64,000 nt of DNA, from positions 119,919,300 to 119,983,299 of the forward strand of contig NC_068981.1 in NCBI RefSeq assembly GCF_001194135.2, read 5' to 3'. The position numbers and the translations under genes were made by a program. Source of the stretch: Octopus bimaculoides. Taxonomy: Eukaryota. This document shows, one piece after another, positions 36,538-50,714 of the stretch (positions are counted from its first letter, which is position 1; each line of letters begins with the position of its first letter). The notes under the pieces were generated by a model, which saw only the letters and a program-made list of their open reading frames with translations, was not told the DNA's origin and ran no database searches.

Positions 36538-36752
36538 ATACTGGTATCAAATTCTAGCACAAGATCAACAATTGCAGGAGAGGAGTAAATCAGTTACACT
36601 GACCCCAATGCACAGCAGGTACTTATTTCAGCATCCCTGAAAGGATGAAAGGCAAAATCAACACCAGCAGAATTTGAACTCAGAATGTAAAGATGGACAT
36701 GATGTTGCTAAGCATTTTGCTTGGTGAGCTAATGATTCTGCTAGCTTGCTGC
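36538..36752 (-). mobile_element. SINE family A copy
   Basis: cctgaaaggatgaaaggcaaaatcaac...gaatttgaactcagaatg. Confidence 0.85.
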
Positions 36753-37371
36753 CTTTTGTAGTAGCAATATTGGTTAGAGATTCAAGTAGATGGCAGTAGT
36801 TACACATTGTCACACATTTGAACCCTCTTGGCTCCTGAGGTAAAAACTAAATAGGTGCATGTGTAGCTCAAGAGTAATGATTACAGGTAAACTAATACAA
36901 CTAAATCACAAAGAAATTCAGGAGAATAACAATAACAGGCCTATCTCTCAACTACAGTATTCATTCACCTGAATCACTACTTTCCTCATCACTTTCACTA
37001 GTTTGATTGTCTGAATCACTTTCATTATCAGCATAAGTGTAAACTCTTCATCTGAAGAATAAATATCATCAATAGTTTTCTCAACTGCAAAGAGTCTAGG
37101 CTTCACTCATTTACAAGTGCTGGGTTCATCATATGTTCATTTCCTCACAAAATTGTTTTTCTTTTTTTTTTTTATTAAAAACAAAAGTAACCAACAGATA
37201 TGGGGGACATCATTAACAGTGAGTCATAACCATACTTGACTACAAAAGTGCAACACAATCAGTTGTCTATTTTTATTATTTAATCTTCTTTTTCTCTGTG
37301 TGGTGTTCATTAATGCTTTAGCAGGAACTTGGCAGAGATGACATTTAAGCTCTTCCTGCTATTGCAGCAAC

Positions 37372-37770
37372 ATAGTGTGACAGGTTTAAGCTCTGGACAC
37401 AAGACCAGCGATTTTGAAGAGAGAGGACAAGTCAATTACATCAACCTCAGTACTAAACTGGTACATTATTTTAACAATTCCGAAAGGATGAAAGGCAATG
37501 ATGACCCTCAGCTGGAGTTGAACTCAGAATGTAATGAGCCAGAACAAATTCCACAAAGCATCTTGTCCAACACTCAAATGATTCTGCTTAGCTTTTAACA
37601 TAGGCACAAGGCCTGAAATTAGTGGAGAGGTGTTGGTTGATTATATTAGCTTCAGTATTTGACTGTTACTTTATTTTATGACCCAGAAGGAATGATAGGT
37701 AAAGATGACAGCACATAGGTTTGAAGTCAAAATATGAAGGGCTGTAACTAAATACCGTCAAACATTCTAC
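37372..37770 (-). mobile_element. Two adjacent degenerate family A copies
   Basis: Family body repeated twice head to tail. Confidence 0.72.
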
Positions 37771-39121
37771 TGTTTTAACCATTCCATCACTAGTCTTAAC
37801 AATAATAGCAGCAATTGCATTGAATCCCAATAGATTAGGCAGGTATTGGTCTCCACAATGAATACAAATTTACATATTAATATTTTTTTTAAAAATCAAA
37901 ACAAAATCAATGATGTTAATTACTTAGAGATGCTATCAGCAAGAAAATACAACACAAGTATGAAAACAAGCCAATGGGAGTGTTTTTATTTGGTCACTTA
38001 ACCTTCTAGAAATAGCAGCCAAATCTCGCTCCTTTCATACCCCACCATCTTTTCTAAAAACAAATTAGAAATGTGATACACTGGATAAAATGGTTGTAGG
38101 ACACAATAATATCGGGGGGAGGGGGTTGGATAACAGAATAGTCCAGTTGAAATACCTTTTATCACAGGTAATGAAAAAATATTTGATGTAGATATCATTA
38201 ACAATATACTCAAAATCAAGTAAACACTCATTATCTGTCATCTGTTCAAACATATCTACCATCTTCCTAAAGCAACAAACTTGTTTCAGATGAGCCAATG
38301 AGAAAGTCTCTAAGTGACTGTTCAACCTGCCAGAAAATAGCAACCAAATTTCTTCAAATTCCACTTGTTTTGTTTTTCTTTTTTAAATTTCAAATAATGT
38401 AGTCCAAGACAAATAAGGTGGAATAGTTACAGCTGGAACATCTGCTCAATCAAGACAATAATAATTTGTTCTAATCTGGAGAGCTTTATGAGAGGACAAT
38501 ATCAATATTACTGTACTTTAACATCACTAGTTTTAGGCACAAATCCAAATTACTATCATTCCCCCCATAACAGCAACACTTTGAGGATATTCTTCACTAT
38601 TATTCACATCTATCAGCACTTTATTAACAATCTAACTTTATATCAACAATTTCTTATGGACTCCTTTGATTCCTATTTTACTCAGATGGACCCTCCTAGC
38701 CATTCAATCTTTAAAAAATTCATATATTTTTATAATTAAATATTAGTAATTGTATAAAAAAAATATTTTTGGTATTGTAGAAGTATTACCAATTTGTTGC
38801 AGATCAATTTTAACAACAAAAACCTTATATAGGCCACTACGGGCCATTTGGACACCAGTTGAGATCCACTGCTTTATATGATCAGTCAGCTCATCATCCT
38901 TCAAATCTCAAGATGTTTCAAAGCCTAAGCACAAATAATATAATCACAGTTAAGGTTAACATTATATGACAACAAAAACAATGATATACCAAAATTGTAG
39001 CAGAATCTTTTAACACAGTTCTTGCACCATCAAGAGATCACAAGACTGAGTCACCAAGGAAGCTTCCACAAGTTAGTGGGTTTGTTTTTTCCAAATTCTA
39101 GATTCATCTACTGTCAACTCA

Positions 39122-39360
39122 ATGTCATCATCGTTGTTTAGCATCAACTTTCTCATGATTGCACAGGTCAGGCAGAATTCATTGAGGCAGATTTTCTACG
39201 GCTGGATGCCCTTTCTGTCACCAACCCTCACTTTGTTTCCAAGCAAAATAATGCTTTCCCAGAGCCAAACACATTTTTCATGGTAGACCAGAGGCAAACA
39301 ACGCTTCTATGACAGTGATGCTTGTTAACAACCATCAAGTGATGTCAAGACAAGGATGTA
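39122..39360 (-). mobile_element. Family C-related SINE copy
   Basis: catcatc head; gctggatgccc core. Confidence 0.65.
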
Positions 39361-39361
39361 C

Positions 39362-39517
39362 ACACACACACACACACACACACAAAAGATGAGATTTTTT
39401 CAGTTTCTATCTACCAAATCCACTCCTAAGTCTTCGGTTGGCCCAGGGCCAGTATAGAAGACACTTGCCCAAGATTCCATACAATGGGACTGAACATGAG
39501 ACCACATGGTTAGGAAG
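39362..39517 (-). mobile_element. SINE family B copy
   Basis: Inverted family body after (CA)n. Confidence 0.8.
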
Positions 39518-39661
39518 CAATATACTAGATATTAAAAAAAAAGCAATCACTTAGAGGAGAATGAGCACAATGATGGACTATTTGATAGCTTAACAGTTTT
39601 CACTTTTAACCCCTACTTAAACTTCACTCTCTCTAGAGTCAGTAGCATATCAGGATATGTA

Positions 39662-39893
39662 TTATTTCTTTACTACCCACAAGGGGCTACACACAGAGGG
39701 GACAAACAAGGACAGACAAACGGATTAAGTCGATTATATCGACCCCAGTGCATAAGTGGTACTTATTTAATCGACCCCGAAAGGATGAAAGGCAAAGTCG
39801 ACCTCGGCGGAATTTGAACTCAGAACGTAGCAGCAGACGAAATACCGCTAAGCATTTCGCCCGGTGTGCTAACGTTTCTGCTAGCTCGCCGCC
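39662..39893 (-). mobile_element. SINE family A copy (young, CpGs retained)
   Basis: ccccgaaaggatgaaaggcaaagtcgacctcggcggaatttgaactcagaacg...gctcgccgcc. Confidence 0.92.
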
Positions 39894-40374
39894 TTTCAGG
39901 ATATGTATGGGGAAGCATCAATCCTCTTGGTGGGCTATATCAGCATTTCCCAGTCCTTTTACTCTTATGGAACCTTTGAAATATGTTCCCTATCTCAGAG
40001 AGCACCTACACAAAAGTCATTTAGGCCTTTATCAATTGTTTTTCTCTCAGAAAGTTAAATTTCATAAGAGATTAAGTCATAAAACTGTCTTTGAAAATTT
40101 TAGCAAACTTAAATCCATCCGAATGCTGCTAAGAAAATTTTTTTTAATTTCATCTTAATCAAGTCCTTGTTTAGAGCAAATTCCCCTAAAATTCCTTATT
40201 AAGAGGTTATTTTTCCCACAAGGTCAGTCACCTTACTATCTAAAGATGTCAAGATTTCCTTTACCTCAGAGAATATACAGTATGTGCATGAAATTACAAA
40301 TATAGAATTAACCCTTTCAATACCAATGTGCCCAAGACTGCCCCTGGTTCTCTGGTATAAACTTCCTGTTTTAA

Positions 40375-40590
40375 CCCTTTAGCATTTAAACTGGCCATAT
40401 CCAGCCCAGATATTCTATCTGTTTTATGTTCAAACCAGCCAAATCCAACCTCTCACACCTATCCTACAATGTCATTCTAAAAATAAGCAATCACATCATT
40501 GAAATCTCAAAGCTATGAAATAATGCATTATTAATTGAAAACAGTGTGATTAAGCATTAGAATTGACAGAATAATCTGAATATTAAAGGG
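40375..40590. mobile_element. piggyBac-like MITE
   Basis: TTAA|CCCTTTA...TAAAGGG|TTAA: terminal inverted repeats with a TTAA target duplication. Confidence 0.88.
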
Positions 40591-42083
40591 TTAAAGTGAC
40601 CTAAATTACAATTTCCTATTTAAATTTCCTGTTAAATAATGTTCCAAACATCTGCTTAATAATGACTGAATTATTTTACTATAGTCTTCATTATTTTCGA
40701 AATCAATTGAAACAAAGAGGTGTATTTCAAGAAAAATATGGTACCAAAAGGATTAAACACAAAAATTACTCAAAATTAACATATACTTAGCCTATATATT
40801 ACTATTTCTCATTGGGAAACACTGGTCCATATGTTTCCTACAGGTATGGTCAGTCAAATCTGAACCAGGCTATCCAGAAGTCAACAGCTTTATCTAAATG
40901 TTCAACTTTTGATTTTTATAATTTTTGCCCAACCTTTTTCCTTTATGCTACTACCGACTTAAGAAGGAAATAATGTCTGTTTTGCACTCCCATTAGTTTC
41001 CTCAGTTTACTACCTCATTCCAAAGTATTTTTTTAACTATTTACAGTCAAAGTCCAACTCAATAAGAGAGAGAAAAATGCCATTATAAGCTTGGATTTTT
41101 CTTCAGTACTGAGTAAAAAATCCCTTTCCACTCTAAACACTTGAGACAAAAATATTCACTGTTAATCTCCTTTTCCTTTCAATCCTAAGGGGAGATTAAA
41201 ACATTAATCATAACATTGTCAAAATAACTAAAATATTTTCTCTTTTTTTCTACAACTCCAGTAAATAATTCTCCACCTGTTGTTTACTTAATCACAACTG
41301 ACAAGTTTTAATAAAACAATTCCTTTAGAAGAGTAGCAGAGCCCTACACTTCCACATTTGAAGTTTCTTTAACATCTTCCAGCTCTATACAGTGCTAATT
41401 AATTACACTTTTACATTGTCTAACCAGTGAGTCATGGCTATGCTGAATGGAAGATTCTTTGAATGGAGTGGAAAACTAAATACATGCATATCCTTTTAAA
41501 AATCATCATTACACAACATGTGTAGAAGTGCTATGTAAGTCCAAAAACTAAGACTTATGAAACAGCTATGATTATTCTACTGATACATAATTCATAACAA
41601 ATACACATGTTCTAAAAAAAGCAGCCAAGCCTCCCACACAACATATCAACCTGTTACATTGCAGCACCAATATGCTAGACTCTCTGTAATCAAATATAAA
41701 TTCTGTCTTTGTTCACTTTTTATCGATGAGTTATTCAATTTTTCTCTAGATATCATCAAACAAAAATTTATCACCACATTTAATGTGTGAAAACCAAAAA
41801 AACATTTTTCTAATAGTAGCTTCATAGAGAGACAGATATTGGTTACAAAGTTGGTATTCTAAACTAAATCAACAAAATACTGCTGTGTTTAATGCTTTAC
41901 AAAAATAATCTAAATGCCTAAATGTCACTGACATAAAGATATGCAGAGCAGTCAAGTTTGCCAACATCAAGTAAGAAATGATATCTTCCATGTTTATAAT
42001 GCTTTGTAAATGAAAAGAATAAAAAGTATTGTATGGAAATGGTACAGCCAACACAAAACAATATCAATATACTCTACCAAAAT

Positions 42084-42296
42084 AAGGTGGCAAGCTGACA
42101 GAATCATTAGCACATTGGGCAAAATGTTTACTGGCATTTTGTCTGTCTTTACATTCTGAGTTCAAATTCTGCTGATGTCAACTTTGCCTTTTATCCTTTC
42201 AGGGTTGATAAAATAAGTACCAGTTGAGCATTGGGGTCAATGTAATGACTTATCTCCTCCACTGAAATTGCTGGTCTTGTGCCAGAATTTGAAATC
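42084..42296 (+). mobile_element. SINE family A copy, plus orientation
   Basis: ggtggcaagctgacagaatc...ctgagttcaaattc...aagtaccagt. Confidence 0.87.
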
Positions 42297-42359
42297 AATA
42301 TATTCTACCAAAATGACAGACTTATACTTCACTGAAATCTATTATGTACTCTGTATACA

Positions 42360-42612
42360 TAAAGTCTCATGAGGCTGGAGATTACTTGGATTTTCAAAAC
42401 ATTCAAGTGACTGAGAGTATAACACACCATGAATGAGACACCACTCCATTGCAGGGTTAACTGTGTGATGAACTGATATTTGTTTTCATCTGAGTGGTTG
42501 GAGCAATGTGAAATGAAGTGCCTTGCTCAAGAACACACCATGCCCTTTGGCTTCAGAATCAAACCCCATGACCTAATGTTCAGAACACTAACACCCTAAC
42601 TACTAGCTGCCT
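42360..42612 (-). mobile_element. SINE family F copy
   Basis: ggagcaatgtgaaatgaagtgccttgctcaagaacac shared with the copy at 1098-1338. Confidence 0.75.
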
Positions 42613-42885
42613 TCATGAAGATGCATATGGCATTCCATAAAAAATACTAATTTTCTTTTTCTATTTAATTAAGCACAAAGTTCATGAGGTCTGAATGGAT
42701 GTATGGTAAAGTAAATTTGGGGTGACTGCTAAAATTTAAAATCAGAGCTATGAAGTACCAAACTAAATAAGGTAAATCACCCAGACAGACACTGAGATGT
42801 CTCAACCAAATATGAAAGACCTCCACCAGTTCCCATGATAAACCTTCAGTTGTGAGACCAACTAAACCCTTAGTAAATTAATGAC

Positions 42886-43045
42886 ATCATCGTCATCATC
42901 ATTTAACATCTATTGTCCATGCTAGCATGGGTTGGACAGTTTGCCCACAGCTGATAAGCTGAGGGGCTGCACCAGACTCCAGTCTGATTTGGCATAGTTT
43001 CAATGACTGGATGCCCTTCCTAATGCCAACCACTCTTGGGAGTGT
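42886..43045 (-). mobile_element. Family C copy
   Basis: catcatcatttaacatc...catgctagcatgggttggac...ggatgcccttcctaatgccaaccac. Confidence 0.82.
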
Positions 43046-43121
43046 AAAATGTGGTTATGTATTCTATACTCACATGTATATTCTATACAGGTGAGTATAC
43101 CCTAATTGCCTGAGAATTACA

Positions 43122-43335
43122 TTAGCCTTAATATTTTAGCAATCAAACCAGCCAAATCCAGCCCAAATATTGTTGTTTTTTTTTTGTTCAAACTGACCAG
43201 ATCCAGCCTCTCACAACTACCCTACATTATTATTCTAAAAATAAACAATCATATAATTGAAATCTCAAAAGCAGGAGATTCAAAGCAATATAAATAAATA
43301 AGCATTACATTTGGCAGAGTAATGCTAGAGTTAAT
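43122..43335. mobile_element. piggyBac-like MITE, degenerate
   Basis: Internal homology (aaccagccaaatccagcc...ctctcac...gaaatctcaaa). Confidence 0.72.
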
Positions 43336-44269
43336 GCAATTCTCAGCCAAAATCAATGTAACATAATGTAACAAGGCTGGACCTTTGAATTACAGGTGCA
43401 ACCCACCCAACAAGATTCCAGTTTCCATCCTCCTAATTTCATTTACAGGACATTCATTCCTCAAGATATCAAACCATGGAGTTCTTGGTTGTGAAGGAAA
43501 ACACCTTAAATACTAGGAGAAAAGGGAAAAAAAGGATACAATCCTGAGGTTAAAATGATCATCACAGAAACTGTCAAAGAAGATATTGGAGCTCAGCATT
43601 GCCATCAGGCTCATTGGTTCCTGTCGAAATGTCCAACCCATGCCAGCATGGAAAGAGGAACATTAAATGGTGATGATATATATGGATTCCTCAAGAACAT
43701 TACCAAACTAAGTATATTTACACTGGATTATTGATTATTACAGTGCTCACCACAAACTATGGTTAACATATAAAGTTGGAATAGTAAAGGTGAACATTGT
43801 GTAATAAAAATATTTTAGATGCATATTTTTCCTCCACCTTATTCAGTGCTCCTGAAACTCCTATATATATTCAAGCCATTCAACTCACTATATTTCTTAT
43901 CTTCACATCACAAATATTCACTATACGGAATGGAATCTCAATAGAATTCCACTTGACATTTCCATTGTCGATGATGACTGTTCTCTCCAGTGAGACCAAA
44001 TAACTTGATAGAGACCAGTAATATAATCTCAATTAGATTTTTTTTTGTGGAGAAACAGAGATGTCTTTTATTACATAAGCACCTATAAATATATATAAAA
44101 AAAGAACACAAATGACGTTTAAAATATACTACAGCTGTTTTGGTTCCATTTTATGGATGCATTCACAGATTACATCATCGCATAAACCCACCATCCTCAA
44201 GTAAAATTTATAAACATGTATAAAAAGGTAAGGTAAAACCTAGAAGATTCCCCGACATGATAAGTTGCT

Positions 44270-44271
<2 letters not shown>

Positions 44272-44323
<52 letters not shown>

Positions 44324-44443
44324 CACACACACAAATATATACATATATACACACATATATACATATATATACACATGTATATATACATATACATACACAC
44401 ATATATATACATACACTCATGTATATATACATATATATATATT

Positions 44444-44476
<33 letters not shown>

Positions 44477-45353
44477 ATACATATATATACATACACATAT
44501 ATATATATACATATACATACATATATATACATACACATATATATATATACATATACATANNNNNNNNNNNNNNNNNNNNNNNNNNNNNNNNNNNNNNNNN
44601 NNNNNNNNNNNNNNNNNNNNNNNNNNNNNNNNNNNNNNNNNNNNNNNNNNNNNNNNNNNNNNNNNNNNNNNNNNNNNNNNNNNNNNNNNNNNNNNNNNNN
44701 NNNNNNNNNNNNNNNNNNNNNNNNNNNNNNNNNNNNNNNNNNNNNNNNNNNNNNNNNNNNNNNNNNNNNNNNNNNNNNNNNNNNNNNNNNNNNNNNNNNN
44801 NNNNNNNNNNNNNNNNNNNNNNNNNNNNNNNNNNNNNNNNNNNNNNNNNNNNNNNNNNNNNNNNNNNNNNNNNNNNNNNNNNNNNNNNNNNNNNNNNNNN
44901 NNNNNNNNNNNNNNNNNNNNNNNNNNNNNNNNNNNNNNNNNNNNNNNNNNNNNNNNNNNNNNNNNNNNNNNNNNNNNNNNNNNNNNNNNNNNNNNNNNNN
45001 NNNNNNNNNNNNNNNNNNNNNNNNNNNNNNNNNNNNNNNNNNNNNNNNNNNNNNNNNNNNNNNNNNNNNNNNNNNNNNNNNNNNNNNNNNNNNNNNNNNN
45101 NNNNNNNNNNNNNNNNNNNNNNNNNNNNNNNNNNNNNNNNNNNNNNNNNNNNNNNNNNNNNNNNNNNNNNNNNNNNNNNNNNNNNNNNNNNNNNNNNNNN
45201 NNNNNNNNNNNNNNNNNNNNNNNNNNNNNNNNNNNNNNNNNNNNNNNNNNNNNNNNNNNNNNNNNNNATATACATACGCATACATATATATATGTATACA
45301 TACACATACATATATATATACATACACATATATACATATACATATATACCTAC

Positions 45354-45385
<32 letters not shown>

Positions 45386-45524
45386 ATACATATACACATA
45401 TATATATACATACACACACACACACATATATATATATACATACACACATATATATATATATATATACATATACATACATATATATATATACACATACATA
45501 CATACATGCATACACACACATACA

Positions 45525-45556
<32 letters not shown>

Positions 45557-45562
45557 CATACA
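44272..45562. repeat. Large compound (CA)/(TA)/(CATA) microsatellite spanning an N gap (44560-45267)
   Basis: Read directly. Confidence 0.97.
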
Positions 45563-47269
45563 TAGGCTCAACACACACTAACACAAATACTGTCAATACA
45601 CTGCTATTTTTTCTCCAGTATCATATTCGTGTTTCATTTAGTTATCTTCAAACATGTTTCCTTAAAACTAAATGAATATAAAAGAACCCATTCCTAACTG
45701 AAATGGCATGACAAGGAAACTCCATGGTTCCAATTTCTTAAGTTACTTATCTTTTCTAATAACTAGCTCAGATTATTCTTTCCCTACAAAATCATCACCC
45801 AGAACCTATGATTCGACAATTTTACACTAAACTCCATGAAGGATTCAAATAAACCCAATCTTCTATAACACTGTTCTTTTAGCTTCAGGTCAATCAAAGC
45901 ATTGTGAATGGATTTGGTAAATGGAAACTAGAAAAAGAAAATAGTTACATACATATTTATAGGAAGTATGGGTGTGGAAGTTAACTGTGCATGTATGTAT
46001 GTACACTCTTGTCATGACATTGCATGATGACTGGAAAAATGCGTTGTTCATTTTCAATATTCCATATCAAGGGAAATATTATCTTGTTTGGAAAGAAGCA
46101 AGGAGTGGGGACAGAGCATTCAGTCATAGAAAATATGCTTCAATGAAATCCACCCGATTCATGCAAGCATAGAAAAGTGGATGTTACAATGATGATGATG
46201 ATGAAATAGCTATATTTAATCCAATTAATATTATCTTGATATACAGTAAATATATTCTTATATTCTTGATCTTTCAGCAAAAGACATGCAGAAAAACTGC
46301 CATGACTGTCAGTGTACTATTTTCTGTTTGCATTTAGTGGATGGGGAAGTTTGAACATGTCTTATACTAACAGTATATCAAGCTATTCCATGAGAAATTA
46401 ACAGTAAGTAACAATTTAAAACATTACGCTGAAAAAAAAAATGATTTTCATATATTTGTTTGATGAGAAATATTTTAGTGAAAAGTACATGAGTTATCAA
46501 CAAGCTTACATTTTATGATGCCATTTTCATTTTAATTTTAAAGATTTTTAGTTGCAAATATGTAAAAACCAGCTTGTGAATATTAATATCAAGTCAGAAC
46601 CAAATCCAAAAACAGCTATAAGCAAGTATAGATACTTTCTGTATGTGAATGCTTGTGTTGGTTTTGATGTTACAATGGTTATATAAATGGTATGTAAATA
46701 TTTCATATAGCAAGTTTTAGAAGCAATAAATAAATAGAATAAATTACAATGAAAGATAAATTAATATAAGAGTTAGTAAATTAGAATAAGATAGTCCAAC
46801 CCTAATTCCATGTGCATATAGACTTAAATAGATTTTTTTTCAAGCAAACTAAGAAAGGAAATAAGTTTGCTCCAAAGCTTTTAAATTTATATATATATAT
46901 GCATTACAAATAGAATATACTGACCAGCTTGGCAATAATAGTACAAATTAGAGTTGACTACAGGTATCCAGAAGGACAATCAAGCCAATCTCTGTAATAG
47001 CCATATTTATTCCATCCATGTTCATCATTTATTGTACTGCATATTAAAGTGTTTATTAGACATTCAAACAAATTAGTATATTGCTGTGAATGAAACAAAT
47101 GATAATATTATTTATCTATCTCAGTATGAATCTCACACACAAACACACCTCATTTCCTAAAGAAAACTTTCACAAGAAATAGGCAAAAAAGTTCTACAAA
47201 TATCTCTGACTGATTAGTAAACAAGAGCATTAGTTGAAAATCTATAGTAAATACACAGTGTTCAGGCTA

Positions 47270-47990
47270 AATTTGATGATTTTTAATGTTTCCTTTTTCA
47301 GGCACAGCTTGATGTATTGGTGAACGGTCAATGACATTGGAGAAGTAAAGATTAGAGTCATGATTGAGAAAAAGTTAAGTGACATGGATGACTGAAAGTC
47401 AACTGAATATAGGAAAAGAGTTATCTGTGTCATGATGATTCATGCTAGCTATCAAAATGCTGACATCATGACAGCTGTTCAGTGCTCTGTGAACACTACA
47501 AAGGCTGTAAGATGTAACTTGGACAGCTGCAACAGATACTATGAAACCATTGCCAGCAAGAAAGAACACAATAAGTGTTCTGACTATGTCCACATGCCAA
47601 AATTCATCCCCACAACATTGAATGGAGCATTAGACTCAATTTAGACAGCTATGTCTGGAGAAGGTTGATGCTGGAAGGCCAATTGTATGGCAGTAGGATT
47701 CGGCTCATTGCCATACATACCTCTGGAAACAGTCAGAAGTAGATGTCAGAGAATCTCTATGACTTCACCAGCCCCAATTTCTAGCCTCCAGATTCCCCCA
47801 ATAGTTATCCTGGGTGGGGTATGATTGAGAATGACACCAACTGCTCAGTCTGCAATACCAAGGCCAAGCTAGTGGCTAAAATCAAAGTGTTTGAAGATCT
47901 TCCCAGTGACACAGTGAGGAATGCATGCGTGATTCTGGAGCCGCCATCATGAGGCTGTGGTGTAAGGTGAAGGCAACTACTGTGGGTAAA
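47270..47990 (+). mobile_element. Possible decayed LINE relic
   Basis: Coding-like composition with weak RTE-like remnants; clade not assignable by eye. Confidence 0.3.
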
Positions 47991-49024
47991 CTGTTATCAC
48001 CCAGCCATAATTTAGTTGATATTTTTTAATTTGTTAAATACTTTTATTTCTGGATGGGATATTGTATTTTCTTTTCCATTTATGCAAACTGTCAAATTTA
48101 GCCCAAACACCCTGTATATTACACTAAAATAGTGGAGTAATATAAAAGTTCCAGCATCACACAAGACAACAGAAAACATTTCAACACAGACTGCAAGATG
48201 TTCTCAAAGAAATGACAGATAAGAAAAGACAATTTCAAAAATTAATTCAATCCAAGTCAGTATCTCACACACACAAAAGGAAGTTTTGTGATGTCAGGTT
48301 CCTCTTCTCACCATGGTATACAAACATATAGAAATTCACAAACTTCACAGATTGATAGTCTAAGTAAAAAAAAAATATGAATTTCTTTAGCTATTGCATG
48401 CAAATTATATAATTTGAATTATTACAAAGAAATCAGATTAGTAAAGGATAGACATAATGAAGTAACAGTTAAGCACAGTATCTCAACATTCCAACATCCT
48501 TTCTCTCTTCCAATTGATCTCAAGAGATTTATAATTCCAAAACATTTTATACATTTTTTTACTAGTTGCAGACAGTGGACTACAGCATACTGGTATGTAT
48601 TTTACCAATCTCTATCAAATAATTAAGTCATGTGTTTTTACTAACATAAAGGAACACACTAGTAAATAGACACACACGCGCACACAAACACATGCATGCA
48701 CATACACACACACTCTAATGATGAAGGACTCTCGTTGATAACAATACATGAGCACTCAGGAGGAAAGGATAAAACACAGCTGCGTGAGCGACTGGAAGGA
48801 CATGATTGCTTTTGCCTACTATACACCAACCATATGCTCTCAAGAGCAAAGAAACTATGGAAGTAGCAGTTTTTCATTGTCACAGATGTGTGTGATACCT
48901 CAACTATTGCAATGGCAACAACCACTTTTGAATAAGGAAAAAGGAGAAAAAAGTTACTGAATAACCTGCACAGAAAATTTGCTTTATGTGAAATAAGATT
49001 CAGCATTTATTCAATGCTTTGAAA

Positions 49025-49241
49025 TATTGGTTTCAAATTTTGGTACAAGGCCAGTAAGTTCGTGGGAGGGAATAAGTCAATTACATCAACACCAATACTC
49101 AAGTGGTACTTATTTTATCAACCCCAAAAGTATGAAAGGCAAATTTGATCTTGGCAGAATTTGAACTCAGAATGTAAAGACAGACAAAATACTGTTAAGC
49201 ATTTTGCCTGGTCTGCTAATGATTCTGCCAGGTCACTGCCC
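49025..49241 (-). mobile_element. SINE family A copy
   Basis: Family body and head. Confidence 0.85.
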
Positions 49242-49327
49242 TAATGCTTTGAAATATTAAACTAAACAACTTGTATCCAGATATAAGCTTGTTGACTTAC
49301 AACTTCATCTAGTATCAAAATGTCTAT

Positions 49328-49680
49328 CTCATCATCATCATCTAATGCCCATTTTGCCATACTGTCATGGTTTAGACAGTGAGCCAGATGATTGTGCCAA
49401 ATTGCAATGTCTGCTTTGGCATAGTCTCTATGGTTGTATGCCCTTCCCAATGCCAACCAGTTTACAGTGTCCTGAGTGCTTTTCTATGTGGTACCAGTAT
49501 TAGAAAGATTACCATGTAGCTAACAAAACAAGACAAGAGCCCCTTAACTGAGGAGGAGGGCAAGTAGTATTGAGGTAGGTGGTTTTATACCAAGTAATGA
49601 GATGTTAAAGTATGAACAGGTGTTTTGCTGTTGGGGGATATATGTGGTTACTCCAGTTGGAATAGAAAGAGGATCGTGGT
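49328..49680 (-). mobile_element. Family C copy (old)
   Basis: (CAT)n head, gcccttcccaatgccaacc core. Confidence 0.65.
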
Positions 49681-50199
49681 GAAGATGTGGCAGAGTATAC
49701 CCTCCTGAGTATGCGCTCCTGAACCAGTAGTTAAGCATCCCACCTATGAGGGATCAATGCTAGATGGGTCAAAACAATCGTAGTGATTAATAAATATTCT
49801 CACAACTTCCATCTCTCTTATTAACCAAATACACAACGAACACTGTGAGTGTGAATGTGTTTTGGCAGTAAGCTACCAGGTATATACCATACATTTTATT
49901 ATATATATATGTGTGTGTGTGTGTGTTATACATAGATATACATGTAAGCACATACATGCAAAATAAAGTGGTAAAAATAGTACTTGAATACCAAAGGTAG
50001 AGTAAAATACTATTTTACTGAAACCAAGAAAAAAACTTCACAAACTGTTATTCAGAGTTTCATGTAACCATTTGTCGGATAGTTGCAATAATTCAGTCTA
50101 AATAATCACAACTCTCTGACAAATGGTTACATGAAACTCTGAATAATAGTTTGCAAAGTATTTTTGGATTCGATAAAATAGTGTGTATACATATAGACA

Positions 50200-50690
50200 C
50201 ACACACATAAAATCTATAGAATCTATAAGGGAACTGAAGGAGAAATTCCAAGCATTGAAGCTAAACCTAGAATCAAGAGGTCTGAAGGTAAACTTAGCAA
50301 AAGCAAAGGTCTTAGTAAGTAGGAAAGAAGAGAGGACCCTAGTACCTTCAGGGAAATGGCCTTGTTTGATACACAGAAAAGGAGTAGGTATAAACTTCAA
50401 ATGCTGTACTCAATGGACACAAGTAATGTGGTAGAATCACAAGCAGATTAGCAAGGAAGATAAGCTTTGTATGTAAAAGATACAATGTTGCAGTACATAC
50501 TACAAATACACTAGAATTGACTCATTTGAATACTAGAAGTAGTTGATAGCTTTTGTTATCTAAGAGATGTAATTAACAAGTGAGGTGGATGCTCCAAAAG
50601 TATAGTAGCCAGAATAAGAGCATTCAGGGAGCTACAACCAATGTTGGCAACAATCTGCCTTTCACAGACTGAAGGGTAGATTAAACCATA
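50200..50690 (+). mobile_element. Degenerate RTE-clade LINE fragment, same region as 3300-3850
   Basis: LKLNLESRGLKVNLAKAKVLVSR...PSGKWPCLIHRKGVG in ORF 50183..50434. Confidence 0.82.
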
Positions 50691-50714
50691 AAAGATTCTT
50701 TGTCTTGCAAAGTT

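Noticed and set aside
43075-43100. CAG|GTGAGT recursive-splice-like site
   Set aside because: It is on the strand antisense to CREB, and no plus-strand gene is supported.
44208-45675. Long ORFs of 300-470 aa
   Set aside because: They are translations of dinucleotide microsatellite and Ns.
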